A stretch of 64,000 nucleotides of DNA from contig NMRA01000549.1 of NCBI GenBank assembly GCA_002633005.1, forward strand, positions 141,062 to 205,061, given 5' to 3'. The translations under genes were made by a program, and so were the position numbers. Positions 54,288-64,000 of this stretch are shown here, piece after piece. Position 1 is the first letter of the stretch, and each line of letters starts with the position of its first letter. Source of the stretch: Phoronis australis (lineage: Eukaryota > Animalia > Phoronida). Below the pieces are notes generated by a model, which searched no databases, was not told the origin of the DNA, and was given only the letters and a program-made list of their open reading frames with translations.

Positions 54288-56114
54288 AGGAGAATGCCAC
54301 CCAAAAACAACCTATTTTGTATCAATTTAGGTCAAGTAGTTCCACTCGATAACAGAAAATTCAGTTGTTTTACCTGACACCAAACGGCAGACGGAGGTGC
54401 TGAATTTAACCAATGACGTAATGGGTTCGAACGCAGTCTAGTGTTCAGCCGTTCACAACAGGCTTACTGGTGTCAACCTATCGCTTGAATTCACCGTTTT
54501 ACATCAAAATTCGATGTAAACCCCTTACAAATACATCGAGTTCTTGAACAAACCTGTTGTCTTACTTTACTGTTACGGATTTATAGGTATTTGAACGTAC
54601 CGTAGCCTTCCGAGTTCTCCTGTAGGCCAATTTACCATGGTCGGTCACGGGAGTTTGGATCTGTTTAGTGATAAATTTGAATCATTCTTCCATGAAATAC
54701 AGACGGGGGAACATAGCTGTGTAATGTACTTTTAGACTTGCGATTTTTTCAGCTCTAAACACACAAAACGCTTTTTACTCCAGGTAAATGAGAATGTCTG
54801 ATCTCCGAGTCTGTGTACTGAAAGTTTTTATTCAAGTTTGTGTATCACGCTTCTGATGTAGGGCCTACTCAGACAAAAACTTTGGATGCCTAAAACATAC
54901 GTGCGCGCGTCAGTACATGCTTACACTGGTGACCGCTCTGATTCCCTAAGCCCCAGACAACTTTTACAATGCCTAGCGCCCTTTGTATTGAAGTAGATCT
55001 GAGCTAATGAAGTGGAAAGGTAATTGACAGCATTACTGTCTCAACAATGGTTGCTGTTTGGTTTTCTCTGACATTTGCAGAGTTATAGCCTGCAACTCTG
55101 GAGAGTAGTTTTAACTTGGTACATTATGAATATTACAAAATGACTACTGAAAAGGCTAACTTGCGTTTATCGTCAAAAAGGGCGACTTCCCAAAGGAACG
55201 ACAAGTTTCATATTGGTTTTCTTCATTTAATTTTTAATACTACTGCCCACTTGTTTTTTTTTCTTACCCGAAACGGGCTGATAACTTTTTATCTAAGTTT
55301 TGACCTTGAAGTACCAAAACAGTGGTAGATTTTGATCGCCAGCTAACTTTAAGTTAGCTGACTTAATTAGTTAAGTTCACGAGCCCATACCTAAATTTAC
55401 CACATTACAGGTACAATAAACATGTCATTAGATTTTAATCTTTATTAGAGCTCAAATCATAAAATAAAAACAAAAGTGCAAATATGGTGATAACCAAACT
55501 GAAGATTTGGAATCTCTGGATAATTTCGGTGGCATTGACTATATATAACTATTCTAGCTCTTTGTCAGTAATAAAAATGAAAAGTGTGCACAACAACTGT
55601 TTCCTGGTCAAAAATCTGGTTAAACGAGATTGAAAGAAAATTAAAAAATGAATCCATGTGATATTGTTAACTCTGATCAGCGTTTGTATATCCACCGAGC
55701 ATATCAATGCGGGTGCCTTGTCTTCAATCATCCCAATGGTTGCATAGTTCTTAGGTTATTAGTTCATTGATTTTAAAAAATCGAAAACCATATTTGGTTG
55801 TTTTTTTCCAACTGAATACCACCGTGGTGTTCGTTTATAACGAAAATTAGTGTTCACTGCAGTTTGAAAATTCGTCATTATATAGTCAGGAGATGTCTAA
55901 TACAGTTTGTGGTCGGATAATTTAATTGGGCTTTGCTCAGTCGCATCGGGCAACGCGGTCATCACAATTGTACCTGATTCCGGCGCCGCGCTCTCTTTGA
56001 TCCTGGTACAAGCCGCTCAGACGGACGAGCGCCAATTTCCGCATATCTTAGACATGCGTGACTTCCTTGTAAGCATATTATTCCACCCGTTCCTTACGTG
56101 GTGATTATTCACGG
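54288..56114 (+). mobile_element. Second, partial copy of the Kolobok element (left arm only)
   Basis: TTAA (54284-87) followed by AGGAGAATGCCACCC. 54288-54735 aligns with 21267-21725, and ~54920-56114 with ~22127-23302. I found no right TIR. Confidence 0.9.
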
Positions 56115-56362
56115 CCTTTGCGTACTCGTGTGCTGTAGGCCTAGGTATATGTCGTATACATGTAGACCTACTGTGGGCCGATGGCTTCGAGTGCAAAACA
56201 AATAGTGAATATCTCTGTAGGCTGAGTCAAGATACCTAAACTACACGTTTGGACTGCCAAACACGGAGTCGGACGCAAAAACACGACTCAGGCGTACCGC
56301 GCGGTGAGGCCTACCGGTACTTAAAAGAACGCCGTTCACTGACTCACATACACGGGACTGAA

Positions 56363-56492
56363 CTCAAAAAACACGATCCATTCACCCAAAATACACGGTC
56401 ACGGTCAACGTGTTTGGCGATCCGTGTACCGTGTTTCTACGTGAATGTGAGTGCGGGACCGTATATTTTGGGTGAGTGGATCGTTTTTTGAG
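56363..56492. repeat. Inverted repeat with ~36-bp arms
   Basis: ctcaaaaaacacgatccattcacccaaaatacacggtc / gaccgtatattttgggtgagtggatcgttttttgag. Confidence 0.75.
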
Positions 56493-56828
56493 GTGACACC
56501 ATAATCTATGGTGACACTACGATATTCGAAATAGTTCTTTCCCTTCAACATCCGGTGTTTCGTTTAGCGGCGCGCATTTTGGACGAGAAAGAACTCGAAG
56601 TTGTTCTTATGGTATGTTTCGTGGTTTTTGTTTGTTTTCACAATAACTTTAACTTCGATGTAAGAGTCTATCGTGGTCGAAATCGTTGTTTGTTTACTTC
56701 TGTGACCTGCTTAGGTAGTGAAGGGAAACCTAGGAAACTCGAGGCGGTCGGGAAAATTCGAACGAGTGGACTGTAGGCTACTGCCTGCGCAGCCGCCTCC
56801 CGTTCAGTAACGCTAGGACCTAGTTTAA

Positions 56829-58997
56829 AGACATAGTTTCACACCAAAACAACTGCTTTTCAAAACAAATAATAGCACTGTGTGAATCTGTTGCACAGGT
56901 CAGTTCTTGTCTGCACAGCTTGGTTAATGAGAAAACCCCAGCAGTAATGACCTTTTCCGACTTCAGCCAAGTCAATTCTGAGAACAAGCATATGTGGTTA
57001 CATAACCGTCTGTGATGTCAGATCAGGAAGACAGCTGTGTATTGCAATGGCTACAAGCAGTCAGCCCTCCAAAATTTTGCTTGCTTCATTTGATAATTCC
57101 TTTCAACTCCATTTGTTGTCATAATTAAATTGTTTTTTGCCAAGGAGATGTAAAGACCAATGTATCACAGATACCCAAGCCTAATATAAAACATTGCAGT
57201 TTTAATTTTTTTTTCATTTTCAGCAGTGAGTAAAAAGGATGTCATCTTTTAATTTAACCACGTATATAATTGAAATTTGAGTGGAGGTGGCAATCTCAAT
57301 GACAGAATTACAAGAACACTTGAAATGGAAGTCTTCTGAACTTGGTTTTTTAAATTCATGTGTTAATCTATTGAAATAATAATAAACCCAAGGCATCGAG
57401 AAATATTACCTGAAGATGCCAGTGAACATACTATATCAGCTGTTCATTAAGGGAAGTTACTTCTATCATGCTTTGGTCACTGAGTCATAGAAATCAAAGA
57501 ACAAATCAGAGGACGATTATGACTTAATCCACAGTTCAAATTAAAATTTAGTGCTTTCAGTCGGAATTATATATTTGGTTCCTACAGTGAAAGACTTTCA
57601 AGGTAGTTGAAGGTTCCCGCTACAGTACATAAGTCACAACTGAAATAATCTCAGTACAGTAAAGATTATATGTGAGTCAAAATGATCTAATCTTTTACCA
57701 AAATAAGTAACTTAGAATGCACAGTATTTTAGAACATTTAAGCATTACAAACGTTATCCAACAACAAGACAAATATACATGATATGAAAGTGGGTATGCC
57801 TAACTATTACCATGGAGACCAGGTATTTCCTTACATTCGAATTCGACAAGCATAATTTGAAAAAATAAGAAGTTGCATGGAAAAAGGATTGGAGGCTGGA
57901 AGCTCCACAATCCAACATGGCCTATTACTCTATTAAGAGCCTTAAGTTTAATACATTTTGGGCCTTGATAACGTGAATTCAGAAAGCAAAAAGTTACAAC
58001 GCATGTATTGAAAGAACGATTTATACTTAAAATTTAGGAAAATATGAATTATGTTGTGACACATAATCAAACCTTGAAGCGCAATTGATTTTCAAAGAAA
58101 AAACTTAAGGATTTCAAAACTTTTTCAACTATTTTTAAGCTGAGTGTATGGTCAACTGAATGGGATATTCGCACTGCAATAACTAGAATATTCCTCATAT
58201 TTTTGCACAAAAACATAAACATTGTGCAAAGTTGCTTTTTGTAGCAGCTTTCATCAAAATTTATCAAAGTTAAACTTCACCAAGTACAAAATACCCGATA
58301 GAACATGCCCTTCAGTTCAGCAGAAGTCGCCATGTTGTCGGTGCCGCCGGAAATGAGACAGGAATTGTGAGCTTTTTTATAACTCAATAAGTAACATCTG
58401 CTTGCCTGAAATCCAATGAAAACTATTGAATTGCTCAGAATAGTAGGTATAGATCTTTATCNCAAATATTTACTCCAGTTTAAATCTAAAAGTCCGTCTA
58501 CATTTGAAAAAATTACTCCTCTTGGCACACAGCAATGGACACTGTGGACTCAGTGAGGCTGACTCTGCAATGATCAGGTCACGTCCCTGCTAACAACTGT
58601 AAATTATTTATGGCTACTTACAAGACCATGTGCATATGTGTCACATTTCAGAGAATTAATGGGCAAAAGTTGCATAATAAACCGATTCTAACAAACACAA
58701 AGATTCCATTTGTGCCAGATAGTCCCAGCCAAGAGTACAAACCTATGGATGGACTCGGCAGTGGTCGGGTCAGGAATTCCTGATGTGTTCCTGATGTGAC
58801 GTGTTTCCGAAGATAGCCGAAGTTCAAAATTTTCTGTTCTCAAAATTTTGTGGGGAAGTGGGAGCGTGTTTTACACGAATAATAGAAGAATATGGGGGTT
58901 GAAATAAAAAGGAATGTGGTTTATAAGCAACCTTTATTAACAGTCAACACATGTGTATACATATTAATTACAACTAAATAGCTGTGAACCAATCTCT
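56829..58997. mobile_element. Non-autonomous TTAA-specific DNA transposon (Kolobok-type AG..CT ends), 2169 bp
   Basis: TTAA at 56825-28 and 58998-59001. TIRs agacatagtttcaca / tgtgaaccaatctct match at 12/15. It splits a MITE whose uninterrupted paralogue is at 19485-19639. Confidence 0.8.
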
Positions 58998-59122
58998 TTA
59001 AAAGCAAGACTTTGCGAGATTACGCGAGACATTGCCCTGTATTTCAAATAAGAGCACGTGACCTTGGCTAGCTTTTGGCTAGGTCCTAGCGTAGGTCCTA
59101 GCGTCTACTGAACGCACGCCTG
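58998..59122. mobile_element. Right part of the split MITE (left part 56801-56828)
   Basis: aagcaagactttgcgagattacgcgagac...ctactgaacgcacgcc matches 19515-19638. Confidence 0.8.
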
Positions 59123-59171
59123 CACAGGCGTCCTTACTTTCTACCTTAGTCCAGATTAGTATTATGCATAA

Positions 59172-59375
59172 CAGTGGCGGATCTAGGATATCACAACAGG
59201 GGGGCAACATTTTGTCTGTAAACATTTGCGCAAAGCACAATTGTAGGTGCGCATAGCACCGAATGGGGTGAGGTCGGGAGGGGGGTTGCCCCCTTCCACC
59301 CAGGAAAATTTTTCTGGTTTTCCTCTAACACTCAAGCCTTTTCCTTGATTCCTGAAATATTTGCCTAGAAAAAAA
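59172..59375 (+). mobile_element. Left end of a hAT-like non-autonomous element
   Basis: Starts cagtggcggatctagg, related to the 53025 terminus. A G-rich ggggg..cccc subterminal tract follows. No right TIR seen. Confidence 0.45.
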
Positions 59376-60339
59376 GGCAAAAAAGAAGAAAGAAAAACAC
59401 GGAGAACATGTCAAACTTGAAAAACTGCATAAACCACAGACTCAAACTCACAACATGGCGTTTAGAGCACGCGCATGCTTTACCACTAGTACACTACCAC
59501 GATTTCTCTCCTAATATGATGTTAAGAGACCAACTTGTTTATGGTCCAAAGCATTGCGCGCAAAACCTACTTCTTTGTGTACTGCTTATTACACTTTTTA
59601 TATTTTGTGCAATCAGTTCGTAACAAATTCGCTGTATTTAAAATAGTCTTCAATTGCCCAAAAGACCAAATCCGTTTTTGTCAGTTGGCATAATGACCCG
59701 ATAGCTTTGGAAATCGTCTTAAGTTAAGGTTTGAAAAAAGAGAAATATGGGTTTCTGAGTGATTCACTCAGGCTTCGATTAAAATTCACATCTTACCAGT
59801 AGCTTCTGTTTTTTCATCGTCACTCAGATTCCATTTTCTTTAAAAAATCATAATTTTCTTCATTGCACAGTGAAGCAGACGATGGAAACGGGCTGAGTCG
59901 TAGTGCGCAGCGCCACTGCCGGTCGCCTGGTATATCACGGGAGAGCCTATACTTAGCCATCCTTTACGATTGAGCTGTGTTCCGAATTTGACACTTGAAA
60001 TTAGATCTCCCCAAAATGGCCTCTTGGCGACTGTCATGGAATTACTGCACGCAGGCCGGGTCAACCATAAACCAGACATACGATAATAAATAAGGGACTT
60101 AGTTGTAGAGAGAAAGTATTAGGTGAATGAATTGGTGGTGACATAACCAAAACACTAACTACAAGGGCACAATAAATTAATAAATACCCACAAAACCCAA
60201 AGGATAAACAACCCAGTTAAACCAACAAACCAAACAGACCAAGAAACCACTTGGCCACCGTATCAGAAACCTGCTAGAACGGTACCACCCCCCTATCCAA
60301 CCTTCCCCTCGGACCTACAGAAAATGCCCTGGTCAGGCA

Positions 60340-60442
60340 AAGGTTTTCAAGAAAAGTGAGTTGAGGCAAGTTTAAGATTTATCTTTGGCTGAAATATAAG
60401 ATTTGTCTTAGCTAAGTCAGTTCTCTTGGAACAGGCCCCTGA
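60340..60442 (-). mobile_element. Partial copy of the 484-738 MITE
   Basis: aatataagatttgtcttagctaagtcagttctcttggaacaggcccctg is the reverse complement of the 484-590 sequence. Confidence 0.7.
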
Positions 60443-61229
60443 ACTGTAAATGAATGTCAACTTACAGTGTCACGTGAATTGCACAAAGTTTCAGGGCATG
60501 TGACACGTGCTCAGCACCCTACATAGCTCATTCATTAGCCTAGACAGTGCCACCATCTCTACTGAGCAGTAGAGATAGTGGTACTCCCATAGGGCCTTCA
60601 TACGCCTGGAGCTATTTGGCAAATTATACCTCACACTGGTTAAACCATCGAAGTCACGTTGCCATAAGTACCTTTTGCGCATAGGGGTACACCTCAGGAA
60701 GCCGTTGATGTCTTTAACTCCTTCCAACTCAAATAAATTCTCCCATAATATGATTTCATATCCCCTTGCATGAGCTGAGTAAAAATGGCCATGCAATTGC
60801 CAATTTGGGCAACTGAGGGAAGGACTGCTCGAAAAAAAGTTTGATTACTGTCAATCCTTACGAAATTCAATGATCAATACTCCACAAAGTTTTAATTTTA
60901 CCGTAAATGCACATATTTAGACCCATGTGTGATGCGCCTATTTCCGGTATTAAGTGCATGCACCTATACGCAAAGCGTTTAGGTAAAACCATCGTTAAAA
61001 GTGATGCCTGTCATTAAAAAAATGCTAGGTCTAGTGTACGTGTTGGTGTAAGTTGTGCTCAGACACTAGTTTGCACCCAGATTAAGCACTTATGTTTGCT
61101 TTTCAGTTGGAAATTGTGGGCATTCCACTGGTTTTATTGGGAAGGTTATGTAAATTGTTCAAGTCGTTATGATGCTTCATTAACACGATACCCTATTTTT
61201 GATTCAGTTAATGTATAAACATGTATCTT

Positions 61230-61350
61230 TTGCTTTAGACCACTTACTGGTAATCCGATAAATCTGATACTAATTTGTTCCTTACGCAGTTTAGAGATTC
61301 TTGGGCTTGTAAAAGAACTGACAGTTGATTATTGCTTGACATCAGGCACT
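61230..61350 (+). mobile_element. Partial copy of the 768-1048 fold-back MITE family
   Basis: tttgctttagaccacttact..gagattcttgg..aaagaactgacagtt. Confidence 0.55.
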
Positions 61351-62769
61351 ACATGTCGCGTCGTATTACTTTATGTGTAAACTTTTAGTTATTCCATAGC
61401 CCAGAAATCTTTCCTTATCGAGCAAGGAGCAACTTTGATTTGAAACAAATTTCAGATTAATGAAAATGGCCCGTGACAAAAGTTTGTTTTTACAGTCAAA
61501 GGCAGCTTCGTTGGTGCTCAAATGAAACAATCAGTTGTTTTCTCTTCTTTTTTTTCTTTTTTCATGCAACTTTCATCTTTTGACCAATGCTTTTTAGTGA
61601 TCAATCAAATATCAAAATGTCCACTTCCATAAGCTTTCGTGGAAAATGCACATTTGATGCTTTTAGTGATCAGACAAAGTGCCGTTTCCCCGTCAAGACG
61701 GCTAATTCTGTTGGCTGCAAACATGACTTGTTATAACTATTAGGGTGGCAAAATTGTTACCGTATTACAGATTGACTTGGCCACCTGGCACCTTACTAAC
61801 TTTCATGTTAATTCCCGGTCATTCTCCGTCATGGCAGAAGACTACTCTGTCCATGAATTTGGCTTCTGCCGAGCCTTCATGATGGGGAATTGTGGTTCAT
61901 TTTGTCAGAATTCTTCAGGCTTCTCAGGGATAATTTCAAGAGCTCACTCTGCATCATTGGCACAAAAATAATTTCACTGACACTACGGTTGCTTAAGTCG
62001 AGCCAACAGGACTATTACAATAGGAAGGCGAGTGAAAATGACAACAATCTAACTATAATGTTCTCTGGCTTGTACTCTACGTGTAGTGCCACTTCGTATC
62101 TGCTTATTGTTGCCTGTTTTTCCATGAGATAACATGGTTGACATTTGTGGGGACACTTGACGAGTTACTTACTGGTTTTGTTCATTTTTGTTCTTATCGA
62201 TTGCAATTTTTATACGCACGCTTATGCAAAGCTGATTAGAAACGTGACTGCATTTGTGTTGGATAGCTTCACAGACTCTCATTCATATTCGTGCAAAATT
62301 TTCGATCATCAGGTGCACAGTTATGAAGCAAATTGCTAATGGATTTTTTAATCAAATTTGTCTAACAAGGAGGATTAGTTTGTGTGTAGGAGTCTATTTT
62401 GCCTGGGTTGTACTAAGAGTTACGTTGTAGAGTAAAACAAGAAGTGAATGGTCAAAAATATCATTCATTATGGCTTAAGTAAAAACTAAAATAGCAACAA
62501 AAATTGGATTATGAGCATCAAAAAAAAAATGCCATGATGACGGTATGGGGATGCTGTCATGGCCCATTTGAGGAAGCAAATCCAGGCAATTGCAAAATAA
62601 AATGTGTGTACAAACAATATGGAGGATATGAGTAAAATGCAATCAAATAAACTAAAAGATATTTATTTGAAACAAAATTTATGGCAAACGGCTGAAAGAG
62701 ATGTTTAAGGGGAAGGCTGAATGTAAAGACCTAAGAGTGAGAGGATGCCAAAAGGCAATGGAAAACTAG

Positions 62770-62824
62770 GTAGGCTGAAACCACAGACCTAGGTGGGCTG
62801 AAAGTAGGCTGAAACCACAGACCT
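62770..62824 (+). repeat. Direct duplication of 21 bp
   Basis: gtaggctgaaaccacagacct occurs twice. Confidence 0.8.
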
Positions 62825-64000
62825 TTCAGGGTTGCGTGAGCGGAAGGTACAACTGTGCTGGGATAGGTTACATGGCTACTTATGCAAACATCGGTTGGCA
62901 GTTTCTAAAAATTGCCCGTAAAGAGAGCGTCCCAAAAAATGTCCTTAAGGCGTCACTTATGTCAAGGCAATTTATATTTTTTAATTTCAACATTATTCTA
63001 AAAGAGTGTCCATTCAAGAGAAGAAATTTGTATAAACTGGTTTTTAGAATGTTTTAATGACTTTTAAGAAAATTCTGTTCGACAAATGCTTGAAAGTATC
63101 AAAGTACATTTAAAACGACGGTTTATTGACAAGTAAGTTTTAGCTTGTTGAGCTTTGTGGTTTTTAGTTAATTTTCACTCCAAAGTTATCTCCAGCTCCA
63201 AGCGATAACCATCAGTTGGCAAGTTACCCATGAAGGCCCAAGTACTGCTAACAGGTGACGCAGCATGCAATAACAAGCCCCCCAAGTGGTGACTTCTAAA
63301 TGTTACTTTGAGTCTCTTATAGATAATCCTATGTGACTTGACTGAACTTCGCGGATAGTTGTTGTGTCTAGCTGATCTCCATGACATGTGATAAATATAA
63401 GCCTAAGGTCAGACCTGTGGTTGGTTTTAAAAAAATCCATCCTCAAAGCTATATGAATCATTACCTTACATCTACCAAGTTGTGTGAATAGTTTCCTGTG
63501 CTGTGGTTGTTTTCTAGCATTAGTGTCTATTCAGATGCATTTGGGTTTCATAGCACCATTGTGGGTGCAAGCAATCTTAGTAGCCGTCAGTCATGACATG
63601 GAACAAGGGAAATGTGGTGTAAAGTTAACAAAGTGAAAAGACTTTGATAAAATCAGGAAGAGATAACCAGGAAGGGACAACTGTTTTAGCGCATTTTAAC
63701 GTATTTTCAAAGGTGATTTCAAAAGTAAATGTTAAAGTAGTCTGGAATCCAAGCATTGTGTTTGAAAGCTTAACTCTTTAGCTATAAAATGACACCACTT
63801 TTGTCCCCAAAGACTTCATATTAATGGCACTGGGATGCTTTGAACATGACTTGTTTTACCCTTCCAAAAGATGCCTCTTCCCAGGCATGTACTCGGGCAC
63901 GATCCTCTTTTTTGAACCAACAGATGTCACTAATATATGCAAATGAGGCTCGCATCGTCTACGTCATACGACGTCATACGGCGCGAGCTTCCAATTTGAA

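Noticed and set aside
63936-63980. Octamer ATGCAAAT plus ACGTCA motifs as an snRNA or gene promoter
   Set aside because: No associated gene is visible before the window ends, and such motifs also occur in transposon subterminal regions.

Overview
This is AT-rich eukaryotic genomic DNA, most likely from an animal, and the repeat types suggest a marine invertebrate. I can support no intact host gene, rRNA, tRNA or CRISPR array. The window is a layered set of decayed transposons. The clearest element is a TTAA-flanked, internally deleted Kolobok DNA transposon (21267-24442). It carries convergent relics of a KolX / P2X7-ballast-like Cys-rich gene and a THAP-domain gene, and it sits inside a hAT-like non-autonomous element. 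A second, partial copy of this Kolobok interrupts a decayed LINE (endonuclease plus RT). Another TTAA/AG-ended 2.2-kb element splits a MITE whose uninterrupted paralogue is also in the window. Further features: several MITE families, including ~60-70 bp elements with 5-bp TSDs; an inverted pair of a hairpin-bearing repeat; a spliced relic gene with a possible Ulp1-like motif; mini- and microsatellites; and a strong excess of the palindrome TACATGTA. Nothing here can be claimed as a demonstrably new system from sequence alone. All family assignments come from motif recognition by eye, not database searches.
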